This document shows positions 30,063 to 42,994 of a stretch of 64,000 bases of DNA, one piece after another. Source of the stretch: Eledone cirrhosa (lineage: Eukaryota). Position numbers and translations under genes: made by a program. How positions within the stretch are numbered: position 1 is the first letter of the stretch; each line of letters opens with the position of its first letter. The notes below the pieces were generated by a model. The model worked only from the letters and a program-made list of their open reading frames with translations. It made no database searches and was not told the origin of the DNA. The stretch is from positions 14,694,001 to 14,758,000 of the forward strand of contig OZ024745.1 of the NCBI GenBank assembly GCA_964016885.1, read 5' to 3'.

Positions 30063-30394
30063 GCGTTAGCATAACGAGATGTGGTCAATATAATAAAATA
30101 AAAAATAACAGAAGGGACAAGTAAAATGAAAGATATTTTGAGAGATAAAGACTTAATGGGTGATGAGGTAGTAGGGGTGTAGATTGAGGCTGACAATGGC
30201 TATAATGGATGATTAATATCATATGTGAGGGAAAGGGAGTTGAAATTGTCTTTTCATATCACTTTTTTTCATGTAATTCTTTCATACCATTATCTTGCTA
30301 TCCCTCATCTCGCTATGCTTTTCTTCTTGTTATTGTTCATGTCATTGTTCATGTTATTGTCGTTATAAATACGTTGAACCAACAGTACCGAACT

Positions 30395-30505
30395 AGTATT
30401 TTGACAATTTCGCTGGTGGGAACTGTACTTAAAATCGATTGTCATGGTAGAACTACAGATAGTGATTTTTAGACACACGCGACCAATGAAACATTTGTTA
30501 ATACT
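30395..30505 (+). ncRNA. Type I hammerhead motif, U3-A8 variant, long stem II (family B-related)
   Basis: Stem I AGTATT/AATACT; TTGACAA 30401-30407; GAAAC 30488-30492, ATTT, GTT; downstream tail shares CTTGTTGAGTCAAAC with ~25570. Confidence 0.55.
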
Positions 30506-30719
30506 TGGAATAAACCCTATTGCATAGCTGATCCGTGTTATTCTTCACTCATTTATTATTAATACTTCAGGAACCGCTTACCTCTTCAGGAACTATCTGG
30601 AATCGGCCACCCGAACACCACAACTAAGTAAACTTCTTGTTGAGTCAAACAATGCCGAACGTTACAGAGTACTCATAACTTCTACTTGGATTACCTTAAA
30701 CGATACCTCGTTTTCTTAA

Positions 30720-30754
<35 letters not shown>

Positions 30755-30844
30755 TATACAAGAAAGACGAACAGACCTTCTTCATCACATAATTTTAAAT
30801 TTTTATTTCTTAATTCTTTTTAATTCTTTTTAATATTAATATTC

Positions 30845-30892
30845 AACATTTGATAAGATGAATTACAGTGATACATCGAAACAGGTTATATT
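30845..30892 (+). ncRNA. Minimal hammerhead motif, U3-A8 variant
   Basis: AACAT/ATATT stem I (1 mismatch); TTGATAA 30850-30856; GATG/CATC stem II; GAAAC-AG-GTT. Confidence 0.55.
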
Positions 30893-31059
30893 TTATATAT
30901 TTTATATACATTATAAAACTCCTTTTTAACAATGTCACTTTGATGGATCAAAGAAGAAAAAGAAGGAAAACAGATCCTTAAACACATTTTCCGTGCTGTT
31001 TCCAATTTCACTTTTTCTTTATAACCTCTGTTGTGTATAGAAACTTACTCCCTTTTCAA

Positions 31060-31141
<82 letters not shown>

Positions 31142-31163
31142 GCGCACACACACGCACACACAC

Positions 31164-31225
<62 letters not shown>

Positions 31226-31590
31226 ATATATATTGTTGAAAATCCAAGTCCCCTCTTCCGTGGTTTACCATCCGATTAATTGGTGAAATATATTTCTTTA
31301 TGGAATATATACAGGGAAGATTAATCATATTATCAGGTATCTATTTTTGAAGTTCTGGTCAACTTTATTTAGTTACCTACCTAGCTATGTGTGGTTACAC
31401 ACTTGTAAAAATTATCTCCTGTGATTATTCATGTTTATATATATGTTAATCAATTTCTAGTTATTATAAAATACTCGGACCTACTCGTTAGAATCTTAGA
31501 GCTTATTTTCCGGGTGATATGGCGCATGTCTTTCTGGCATGACACCCATAATTTTGATTTAGATTAAATTCATTTAATTTATCTTAATTT

Positions 31591-31657
<67 letters not shown>

Positions 31658-31959
31658 TGAAATCAACCCAGTGTTTTTAAAATTCTATTAGAGATTGGTG
31701 TTTAAAATAGCCTAAAATCTATCTTTAAAATATAGATTTGAAACGGTATTTATGTTTATTTTATCGAGTATTATATATAAATGGACTTAACAAACCACAG
31801 AGCTAAACACAATGCATATAATATGGCAAAAACTTAATGTTAAATATACATAGAATATGTCGTTGTTTATAAATTAAATACAATATATATACATACATAT
31901 ATTTATATATATAAAGAGTACACCTCTTGGTAGTAGTCCCACGATTTATCGAAAACCTG

Positions 31960-32363
31960 TCAAAGTGTGAATATTTGGTTGGCTGTGCTGCGTCCCGGGC
32001 AGCTTGAACTTGACGATGTCCTTGCATCTCTTTGCCAGACATTCCGCATAGAAATTTCCGGGGAGGCTAAACAAGGAGATCCCTCTCTAATTGGAATAAT
32101 CTCTCTTGTCCCCCTTTTGGGATTATCACTCCCGATTGTCATTGCGAACAAAACCAACCGACAGGAGACCGAGGGGTAGACACCGTGCAAGATGGTCTCT
32201 CTTGGGGATCCAGCCGGATCAGTTGGAGACGGTTGCTTCTGACAGGACCCGATGGATGGATTATATGAAGACTCTGCCCCCACGACCCTCTCATGAAGAA
32301 GAAGAAGAAGAAGAAGAAGAAGAAGAAGAAGAAGAAGAAGAAGAAGAAGAAGAAGAAGAAGAA
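31960..32363. mobile_element. Rearranged RTE LINE fragment: inverted RT piece (-, ~31960-32145) joined to 3' end (+, ~32146-32295) with (GAA)n tail
   Basis: Minus strand reads QSGVIIP / KGDKRDYSN*RGISLFSLPG / GRSTANQIFTL; plus strand reads KPTDRRPRGRHRARW...VASDRTRW...LPPRP. Confidence 0.8.
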
Positions 32364-34625
32364 GCAGCAGCAGCAGGAGCAGCAGCAGCAGCAACATCAT
32401 CATCAGCATCAGCATCAGCATCAGCAGCAGCAGCAGAAGAGTGATTATGTGATTTCGTTGAGTTATTTATCCATATATTTATTAATCATAAGAATCACCA
32501 ACAAATATATAGGAATATCATGTATAAAATATCAGAGTAACAAACAATATAGTGGAATGCTGTTAAGAAATGTTAATGAAAGGGATTGATGATGTGAAGA
32601 ACATGTTATTAAGTATAAGCATTGAATAGAAATGTTCTGTGTGACAACTTCTGTTGCCATCTAAACACGCGATACATTGTCTTCTGACAGAACAAGTGTT
32701 ACCTTTGAAATAATTTCATATATTCTTAAATCCACATCATGGAAGGTCATTCACTTACAGCACTTAAAATGATTCATGCTAAGCCCACACAAACCTTCAA
32801 GTGTACTAAGCACTGCATTGATAAGTCTGAATTGGTTGTAAGTTACACCATTCTTTACGTAAATAATATTTATGGTGCTGTTATTAAAGGCAATGGAAGT
32901 GGATGCTGGAATTAGTAATACGACAGACAAAATACTTTATAGTATTTTTAATTCTGTTCAAATACCATTGACGTTGAATTTCTTTTCATGTTTTCAGAGT
33001 TTGTAAAAATGCCTCCCCCGTAAACACTGCGGTTGCTCTAATCGATTGTTTTTAGTTAAATTAGTGGTCCTGTGACTATTTTAGAAATCAATATTATTCT
33101 TATTCTTAATGCATGTGAAGGCTTGCGAAGGGTTGTGACGTTCAGCCGACTAATGTGGACCTATTCCTATGTCAGGGGGTACTTTGTGTCATTGAGGAAA
33201 ACACTTTATTTTATGTTGCATTAGTCCATTCAGATTGAAAGAAATGCATAGGAGCAGTAGCTGTGGGTTAACTCAGCGACGGAATTTTCAGAAGAGTACC
33301 TTGTACTCTTAGTGACGCAACGTCAAGGAAACTGTGCTCAGATCCGACTGGATGAGTCTCTGTGTTAAAAAAAGACTTGAACTACTTATGTATTCTGCAC
33401 CCACTAAACGAAAGCAGGTTCCTGATCACAGGATTCTCATTTATATATTTTGTTAAATAAATATGTTGTTTGCAGAGTACTTATAGCTGTTAAGATCACC
33501 TTAAAAACATAAAATGAATAACATAAATTAAATACAATATAAAATATATAATTAAAATCTTTTTTGTTTCAGAGTGGTTATGAGATTTCGTTGAGATAGA
33601 TATTTATCCAGTTATTGATCATTAGAATCACCGATATATATAAGAATATAATCTATAAAATATAAGAATATAAATAGTTGAATCCTGTTAGGAAATGTTA
33701 ATGAAAGGGAATGATGATGTGAAGAACATATTATTAAGTATCAGCATTGAATAGAAATGTTCTGTGTGACAACTTGCAGTTCTAGTACAGATTATGTTTT
33801 ACGAATATTTTATAATGCTTCTGGGTGTTTTGAGAAAGTTTTCATGGCATGACAGGTGTTATGATTGAGTTTGCTGCAACCACGAACTATAATCTCTGTT
33901 CATATGTCCATCTATTCTTTCACGTTTAGTATGATTCTTGTGTTGTGTATGTGTTCTGTGTGTGATGTTCTTGTCCAAATTGTTATGCCGCGCTGTACGC
34001 TGTGACATATTATTTGTAGTTCATTGTGATTTCTAGTGAAGTAATTGACCTAGCAGGTAGGGCTGGCCAAATTTACGATGGTTGTAATATATTATATGCA
34101 CACAATTGTTATTGGTTCTTTCTATTGTCAAAATAGCTACTACAAAATCATTGAACATGCTGTCACACTTCTTTCAAACTTCACTCTAAACTCCTTATCA
34201 ATAATAAATCAGTCCTGAATATAAAGTGTCGAATTGATTGCTGTATGTAGTCATCTGACTAGAATTAGTTATTTTTATTCATAAGCAATACCTTCTGTTT
34301 AAACAGTCATGGTCGTTGTCAGATCAACCTGATCGATAAGACTTATTATCTCTTTTACCTGTTATGACTACCTGAATGTTAGCGATATTTTCAGTGTCCC
34401 TTTGGCAACTGTTATATTACTTTATATAAGATAATAGGGTTCAGTTGTTTTTCAAGGGGATCTGTTTACTATTTCTAGCAGATCCAGTGACAAATGACGA
34501 GCTCCTTTATAGTTCTTCACATTGGTTGTTGTATACATCGGAATTAAATCCGCATCTGATGCTGCCTTAGGCTTAATGCTTTTTTTAAAAACACAAAGAG
34601 TTACTATGTATTCTTTGTTGATAGA

Positions 34626-35177
34626 AGTTATATACGGAGTGGGTGAATAGTTATATACGGACTGGGTGAATAGTTATATACGGAGTGGGTGAATAGTTAT
34701 ATACGGACTGGGTGAATAGTTATATACGGACTGGGTGAATAGTTATATACGGACTGGGTGAATAGTTATATACGGAGTGGGTGAATAGTTATATACGGAC
34801 TGGGTGAATAGTTATATACGGAGTGGGTGAATAGTTATATACGGACTGGGTGAATAGTTATATACGGAGTGGGTGAATAGTTATATACGGACTGGGTGAA
34901 TAGTTATATACGGAGTGGGTGAATAGTTATATACGGAGTGGGTGAATAGTTATATACGGACTGGGTGAATAGTTATATACGGAGTGGGTGAATAGTTATA
35001 TACGGACTGGGTGAATAGTTATATACGGAGTGGGTGAATAGTTATATACGGACTGGGTGAATAGTTATATACGGAGTGGGTGAATAGTTATATACGGAGT
35101 GGGTGAATAGTTATATACGGACTGGGTGAATAGTTATATACGGAGTGGGTGAATAGTTATATACGGAGTGGGTGAAA
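34626..35177. repeat. 23-bp minisatellite AGTTATATACGGA(G/C)TGGGTGAAT x24
   Basis: Counted 24 units differing only at one G/C position. Confidence 0.95.
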
Positions 35178-35382
35178 AGTTGTTGGACCAGCGTCGATTT
35201 CGATGAATGTTCAAGTTGCCAATGGAAAATAATGTTCGTGGCCCTAATGTGCAAATGCTTTCGATTGCCACATATGCATTCATGTAATTCTCAGGGAGAT
35301 TCAGCATGACAACATGATAAAGCTGGCCTTTTGAATCACAGGTGCAATTCAATTTTTTCTGTCAGTGGACGGGAGCAACGAG

Positions 35383-35465
35383 AAGGACACACTGCGCCGG
35401 TGGGAATCGAACTCATGACCTTCAGATCTTGAGCTGAACACTCTAGACACTGTCTCACTTCAATG
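35383..35465 (-). mobile_element. tRNA-like SINE head (degenerate)
   Basis: Minus strand has B-box GAGTTCGATTCCC; acceptor stem not intact, so not called a tRNA. Confidence 0.45.
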
Positions 35466-35695
35466 TCAATAGGGAAATGACATGAAATAATGTAACAACT
35501 AAGTGTAGAATCAAATATAATCATGGGATTCTAACAAATTCAGTGAAAACCCATCAAGTGAAAAGGTTCACACTCAGTAATATATAGCAGCCATTTATCC
35601 ATGGTTTTGAACTCCTGAGGAAATCGTATTGGCGCTTTCTTGACATACTGTAACTGGGAATATCAAAGCTGTCATACTCCCTCCCTCGTCACGCA

Positions 35696-35779
<84 letters not shown>

Positions 35780-36522
35780 CTACTACTTTATGTAATAAAA
35801 CATCATCGATATTTAAATAGGTGAAATTCTCAAACAACATTTGATACAGGTCTACGGTATGAGAACCATTGAAGCGACCAAAGCGAATAATGTAGAAGTA
35901 TATTTCTTATTGATGTGACCACTAGAATTACAACAGTCAACATTCATATATGATTTATGATAGCTAATATAAAGTATACTTTTTAAAGATCACTTGGTTC
36001 CTGCAACTGTAAATATATGTCAAAGTATATTAAGCTTAACGTCTATAAAGCTGCCAATCATATCTACTTTCAATCAGTTTAATTCGAATAAGTAATAACA
36101 CTGAAAAATGATTATGTTATTATAGAGGAAGATTTTGACAAGAACTATTGAAATAGAATAAATATATTAACTAAATAATAAAGAATTCATATATATATAT
36201 ATATATATGTATATATATTTATAGAATGGCTTTAAATCTATACTGTTTATGTTTTTAATGGTTTCCGATGGTAGAAAGTGATACATAGAATTATTATGGA
36301 TCGAAGTGATTCTAAATCTATCTGGCGTTCCGAATTCAAAAATTGTTATTCGTTTATCTTTATCGCACTCACACATTTGAAGCTATGAATAAATCACTGT
36401 TTTCCTATTTCGCCATTTTTATACCATATCCGATTAACTTACATCACAAAACAAACAAACAAACAATGAAATGTAATTCTTGCGAAGTTAAATACCATAT
36501 ATATATAGTGAATCAAGTGTTT

Positions 36523-37596
36523 CCTGTCAAACAGAGCCCAACATGTTGTAGTCGAAGGAATAAAATCGAACCCATCCAAAGTCAGTAGTGGTGTCCCACA
36601 AGGCACTGTGTTGGGCCCACTTCTTTTCATTAGCTATATTAATGACATTACTGACATTATCAAGCACAGCAGCATAAGAATCTTCGCAGATGATTCCATG
36701 CTCCAGAAGGTCATCAATGGCGTGGGTGACCGGACATGCCTTCAATCAGATCTACTGGCTGTTATCCAATGGGTGGAAAAGAACAACATGCTGCTGTACG
36801 AAGATAAATTTGAGATAATCCAATTTGGAAAAGAGGATGCCCTGAAACTCCCATACTCCTTTCTTTCAGGTGAAACTCTCGTGGCATCCCACAGCATCAA
36901 ATACTTGGGAGTAATTGTGGACAACAACATAAGCTGGGCCACTCATATAAACAGCAAAGTTGACATGGCCCGCAGAACCTTCCAGTCGAGATATATCCAC
37001 ACTATTATCCTGCTCTTCTCCACTTTTGCCCGACCCCACCTTGAATACTGTTGTCCACTGTGGTCTTCTCCCACGAAACAAAGTATCATGAAAATTGAAG
37101 CTCCTCAAAAAGGTCAATCACGAAAAGGATAGATGGCATGTCAGGCATTGACTATTGGGGTCGACTAGAAAAGCTCAAACTTTATTCTCTCCAACGCCGC
37201 CGTGAGCGCTACATTATCTGCATGATGTGGAAAATATTCCATCAGCATTGCCCAAATGATGTTGGCACTTAAGGCTAGAGCCCCGTGCTATACACTCAAA
37301 AATCAAACTTGCATCTCATAACAACAATTATTTCACCTCAATTGGCCCCATTCGTTAAACATTACACCAAAATATCACATTAAAACAGAAACAGACCTCA
37401 TAAAGTTCAAGAAGTCTTTGGAAAAATTCCTTCAATAAATCTCGCATAAATCTCCTACACCCGGATATGTCTCCGCAAACAATAACTCCCTTTTTGAGTG
37501 GAACATGGTGTCCAAATCCTGACTTCGCTAGGTGGTGCTATTAAGTTAGACACGGCCAGAGACAATACTTGCAAAAACCTATAAAAGTTATCAAAG

Positions 37597-37599
<3 letters not shown>
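36523..37599 (+). mobile_element. 5'-truncated CR1/L2-group non-LTR retrotransposon (RT C-terminal half + 3' UTR)
   Basis: SGVPQGTVLGPLLFISYIND...IFADD...KYLGV...RPHLEYCCPLW; frameshifts; ends in (ATCAAAGTT) repeats at (TA)n. Confidence 0.88.
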
Positions 37600-37625
<26 letters not shown>

Positions 37626-37633
<8 letters not shown>

Positions 37634-37952
37634 CAAAGTCTAGCAAATAGAGAAAAAGTTTTAAAATAAATGTCTTTGCACACGGCACCAGACAGAATTA
37701 TTTCTTTCCTCATCCGCTCTCATTTGGGAATGGTTTTGTATGGCGTCAGTTTGTGATTTGAACTCGGGAATTTTATATTCTCTGGGGGAGAAGAGCCTTC
37801 TGAAGATTGGTCCCTTCTCAATGAAAATCCGCTTGGATTTTCCGTTTATTCTGGAGCATGAAACCGCGGTAAAGGCACATAATGTAAGTACAGCGAATTT
37901 AAAAAAAATTATTTTAAAACTTTTTCTCTATTTACTAGACATTGATTTTATA
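37626..37952. mobile_element. PLE-like element, family C, with 44-bp terminal inverted arms (37626-37669 / 37909-37952)
   Basis: TATAAAATCAA-GTCTAG-AAATAGAGAAAAAGTTTTAAAATAA inverted; internal hammerhead. Confidence 0.75.
37795..37876 (+). ncRNA. Type I hammerhead ribozyme motif
   Basis: Stem I GCCTT/AAGGC; CTGAAGA 37800-37806; stem II TTGGTCC/GGAGCAT with inner hairpin GAAAATCC/GGATTTTC; GAAA 37860-37863; palindromic ACCGCGGT; GUA ending 37871. Confidence 0.75.
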
Positions 37953-38199
37953 TGTTCTGGCTTGTTAATTTATTAACCGGCCATAGAACCACATTGGCAT
38001 ACGGTTGGATAATACTTGTTTCCCTATATGTATTTTTTACACGTAGGAATTCATACTTTATTATTATATATATATATGTATGTATAAATATATATATATA
38101 AATATATATACAGAGGGAGAGAGAGAGAGAAATAAAGAAAGAGAGAGATAGTGTGTGTGTGTATTATGTTTCAGGTATTTTCATCTACAAGTCAAAGAG

Positions 38200-38375
38200 T
38201 GACCGGTAAAGGGTCGGAAGCCATGCTTTTCAGCATAGAGGTACATCCCTTTATGGTCTGAGTTCAAATCCCGCCGAGGTTAACTTTGCCTTTCATCCTT
38301 ACAGGGTCGATAAAATAAAGTACCAGTAATGCACTGGGATAATTGCTGGCCCTGTGCCAATAGTAGAAACAATTA
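38200..38375 (+). mobile_element. SINE copy
   Basis: B-box and core. Confidence 0.85.
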
Positions 38376-40011
38376 TAATTTACATAATTGCATCTGAAGG
38401 CTGCATCAATAGCCGAGGTATATTTTGCTATATAAGTGCTGTATTTGTTGCAAAATGCCATAGTAAAGCGATTAGTTAGAAGATTAGTTTAGAATATTTA
38501 TCACGATTAATTATGAATGGAATTACTTGATTATGGTAAATGCCCAGCTACTCTCCACAAGTATTGCTGGAGAAATTGAAATTTTGGTAAAAAGTTAAAG
38601 AAAACACCTTCAGCATTTGAAATCGATATGGCAAAGAGTTGACAGCGACTACTTTTGCTTAAGAGATTTTGAAAACTATACCACAAACAAAAGTTTCTTC
38701 ACACTAATCATACACACACTTCATAATACGACAGGTAATGTTCCTCACCGTGGACACTGTAATTCATAATCAGATCTAATATCAAACAATGACAATGTAC
38801 ATGAAATAGAAGAGAACTTACCTCATTAACAGAAACCAAGTTGAATGACAGAGGGATTAGTATCTACCTAAAGAATCTGTGTATTATTTGGAGTTTAGAC
38901 TGTAAAACAAGAATGATTTGGAATCAGTAAATCCTTCACCTGGTATAGAAAGTGTGAAGAATTAAACAAGGGACAGGAGGCTATTCATTACGATTTTCTA
39001 ACGCTATTCTTAAAGAATAGTCAGTTCACAATTCTAATGTATATGTCTCAATACCAGTAAGTTCAGGTTAAAGAAAATTACAGAATCTTCAAATTATATG
39101 TAGAATATGGATATTATGTGACAGACTCAAAGTGACGTCCAGCAATCAGGGTGCTCTAAATAGCCTTGATTCCCATGCGAATGGCATAATGGAACACGTG
39201 ATCAGCCTTGACAGGGAGAAAAATGGTCTCTCGTAAAGAATCTTCCTCTCAGAAGGAAGACAGTTTTAGAGGAGCAGCTAGTTGAACTAAATAAAGTGCA
39301 CCTATTTCTATTGAATATCTAAATAGATTTGCTTAAGAAGTATTTCAGAACACTGAATACAGGTAGTAATTGCATTTTTTTCAAGTACATTTCTTCAATA
39401 TATATAGTGTATATAATAGGAAATATGTGAAAATAACGGAAGAGATGAGAAAGGTATTGCTAGCAGATGAGGAATTATTCTTCACATATACCAGAAACAA
39501 GGAAGCAATAATATCATATAGCCTTTGTGACATCGTGAATAACCATTTGGGAAAGAAAGACCAAAGTTGTTAAAAAGTCACGATAGATATAATTTTCAAC
39601 CCCTTACCTCGTAATATGAATCTGTTGGGGAATTATTTTCTCATTTTGATCTCTTTTCTGACCAATTGTTTGTTGTCCGTAAGAAATTTGGTAAGGCGTT
39701 GTACCAGGAAACGGAAAACTATAGAAGTAGCACAAAAAATGTTAATATAGGATGATTGTTGGTGTTTGCTCTGAGATCTGCCTCATACAGGGTATAAAGT
39801 CACTCCTAAAGTATTGATTTAGCCTTCTAGTTTCCTGAAACCTTCGGTATTGAAATAATTATATTGTGTTGTTTATTGTTTATTTATGTAATTAAATAGC
39901 TATGTAGAATACATTGAGCACTCTTCTTTCCTTTACCTTTTCTACTGAAATACTTAACATACGCACCCCCCCACACACGCACACACACACACATACTTAT
40001 ATATATATATA

Positions 40012-40150
40012 TCGTTATACTTTGGGTGGGTCATGCTGCGAATAAAAACACGCGTACCCGCTGATTTTCATTTCAATTTATTACAAATTTCCGGTTGGTT
40101 CAATAACGGGCTGGTTGCTTATTTATTGTCAAAGCTCTTTCGTGACCTGA
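40012..40150 (+). repeat. Unclassified interspersed repeat (copies: 1-180 on -, stub at 24147-24170)
   Basis: GTTATACTTTGGG(A/T)GGGTCATG and AAATTTCCGGTTGGTT...ATTGTCAAAG shared with the reverse complement of the window start. Confidence 0.6.
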
Positions 40151-41289
40151 TCATAATTGTTTTGTCTGACGATACAATAAAACGCAAACATATGTCACTA
40201 CAACAGTACCAAGAACAATGTGGATTAAACCATAAACAGCCGAAACTACTGTTACCAAAACCAGGTGAATTATAAACACACAAGCGACCGCGACAAAATA
40301 CCTCACACATAGCAACATGAATTATCAACACAAACATTCGTAGCAGTGGTTGCCTCTGGCCATTCTACATGGTAGTAACGCTTTTTGCCGTTTTGTCCAC
40401 GTGGTGCGGTTGTGCCACCATTCAGACTGGGGTGTAGTGATTGTCCACCCTCTCTCTCTTTATTTCATTTCTTGATATTTCTTTCTTTTTCTCTTTTCCA
40501 TTTTCCCCCAGAATAGCAATTCTTGAAGCAATATTTATTTTGTGTTTGTAATGGTTTGTAATAATATGTCATGCCTGTTGTCAATGAGTAGAACCGTTAG
40601 AATGCCAGGTAGAACGTCACCTTCAACTTCTCAACTTTGTCTTTAATCTTTTCAATGTCGATAAATGAAGTACTGGCGTAATTTCTTAGCCTATTCCTCT
40701 CTTACTCTGAAATCTGAAAGAAATCAGCTGTATTCTACCAAGATAAAATGCCCAAGACATGTCGAATTATTTATTTGTAATATTTCTCCTTCTTGCTTGA
40801 ATTTTACTTTGATACATCATATGTAAAGATAATGCTTATATAAGCCAATCACTTGTAGAGACTTGCAATCTAAACATCATAACAAGGATGAATGTTCGAC
40901 ACTAAATATTAGAGAAAGAAAAGGAATTATCGCTAACCGAAGAAAATGGGAGAAATTTTAGGATTCATTTCTAATTGCATTAATGTTACATAAACAAACA
41001 ACTTCATTTTAATAGGTTGGTTGGTTCATTCACACCCACTTCTTTTTCAGGGAGAGAAAGAGAAATGTTTTGAACAACGTATATTCCATTTCGCATTCTT
41101 ATTGTGTACTCTTGCAAACGTAATGAGGGTATAAACAAGATTTTAGAAATAAAGATGTTAAAATTCTTAAGCACTTTAATTACAGCTACGTATTTTAGAT
41201 TATTGATTCATTTCATGTTATGCAAAATCCTTAGTTGCTTTTTATTTACCATTTTTTATGATAATAAAGATAAATATTTGCTATATATA

Positions 41290-42135
41290 TATCTATCTAT
41301 CTATCTAAGGCGGGTAAAATTCCCGAGATCCATGGACGAGTTCTCTCCAGCGGTCTCTGTCCCTCATTATCGCTGCCATGTCCTGCGTCTCCAACAGACC
41401 AGTGTCTGTCCTTAGGGCATCAACATATGTTAACCTTGGTCTTCCTCTTCCAGTGTGTCCATGTAGGGGCTCCCAAAGGAGCACGGAGTGCAATGTCAAC
41501 TCTGGATGTCGGTGAGCATGTCCAGCCAACCTCAGTCTCCTCTGTGTCACTTTTGAGCTGACTTTTGGGAGGCTCCCATACAGCTCTGAGTTTTTCATCC
41601 TCAGTGTATACTGATTAATGTTCAGAGCCATCCTCAGCATTCTCGTGTAGCACCCAACCACCATCTGAGTGAGTCTCTTGGTCAGTGTCCAAGTCTCAGA
41701 CCCATACAGCAGCACAGACTCCACTACAGCAATGAAGAGGCGGATTTTCAGGTCTCTACGAAGGTCCGACTTCCACACCGATCTCAAGCTGTGGCACGCC
41801 GCCCAGGCCTTGCTCTTCCTCTCAACCACATCATCTTCCGTATTCCCAATCTTTGCTCCCAAATACAGGAAGTCCTCAACCAAGGACTCTGGCTTTACTG
41901 TAGCACCGGCTCAGAGTAGGAGAGTTGAGGCGAAAAAGGTATCGGATGCTGAATTTGCCGACGACATAGTTTTGGTGACAAATACAGTGAAGGAGGCAGA
42001 GGATTTGATGCGGGAGGTTGAGACTGTGTCGATGAGTGTGGGGCTGAGAATGAATGAGACTAAAACAAAATATCTGGTAGAGAATGTTGAGAAGCCAGAG
42101 GGGATCACTAATGTAGGCGGGAAGCCGCTGGAATT

Positions 42136-42138
<3 letters not shown>
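41290..42138. mobile_element. 5'-inverted RTE LINE: 3' part on - (41305-41883, (TAGA)n tail), upstream RT part on + (41884-42138)
   Basis: Plus strand: DAEFADDIVL...GLRMNETKTK...KPLELV; minus strand continues VEDFLYLG...LLYGSETW...RLRLAGH...GRPR. Confidence 0.9.
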
Positions 42139-42174
<36 letters not shown>

Positions 42175-42263
42175 AAATATTTAAATATATAGATATTTAA
42201 AGATACATATATACACATAAATATTTAAATGTATATATATATATATACATAGTTGTATATAGT

Positions 42264-42349
<86 letters not shown>

Positions 42350-42428
42350 TATACACATATGTATATACTTACATATATATACATATATATACTTACATAT
42401 ATATGTATACATATATATATATATATAC

Positions 42429-42509
<81 letters not shown>

Positions 42510-42510
<1 letters not shown>

Positions 42511-42691
42511 GTTATTCCGGGTTGAATCGGAGATAACCACAGTAAGTAAGGTACTCAATACATAGCAGAGTATACAAGTTTTAATATAGATAAGATTCTA
42601 CAGGACTAGAACTGTTTCATTCTTTAGAAATCATCAGGAGATTCCTGATGACTTCTAAAGAATGAAACAGTTCTAGTCCTGTAGAATCTCA

Positions 42692-42699
<8 letters not shown>
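42510..42699. mobile_element. PLE-like foldback element, family D (long arm -, short arm +)
   Basis: 42583-42638 inverted to 42644-42699; (TA)n both sides; second copy 57198-57401. Confidence 0.85.
42638..42690 (+). ncRNA. Compact type I hammerhead ribozyme motif
   Basis: Stem I GAGATTC/GAATCTC; CTGATGA 42645-42651; stem II TTC-TAAA-GAA; GAAA 42664-42667; stem III ACAG/CTGT; GUA ending 42683. Confidence 0.8.
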
Positions 42700-42759
<60 letters not shown>

Positions 42760-42762
42760 TCT

Positions 42763-42880
42763 ACTCGAGTGGGCCATGGTGCCCAAACCCTGATTTGTAA
42801 GACTTCGCCAGGTGGAGCTATTAAGTTAGACATGGCCTGGGCCAATACTGGCCGAAACCTATCAAAGTTATCAAAGTTAT
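42763..42880 (+). mobile_element. 3' end of the same CR1/L2-group LINE as 36523-37599
   Basis: GACTTCGC-AGGTGG-GCTATTAAGTTAGACA...ATCAAAGTTATCAAAGTT shared with 37520-37599. Confidence 0.8.
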
Positions 42881-42913
42881 ATATTTATATATATACATTG
42901 TATATATATATAC

Positions 42914-42994
<81 letters not shown>

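Noticed and set aside
29140-30072. 310-aa ORF
   Set aside because: Translation of a 14-bp minisatellite plus AT-rich flank
34626-35177. CRISPR-like array
   Set aside because: Head-to-tail units with no spacers; eukaryotic context
35383-35465. tRNA gene on -
   Set aside because: Cloverleaf incomplete; better explained as a SINE head
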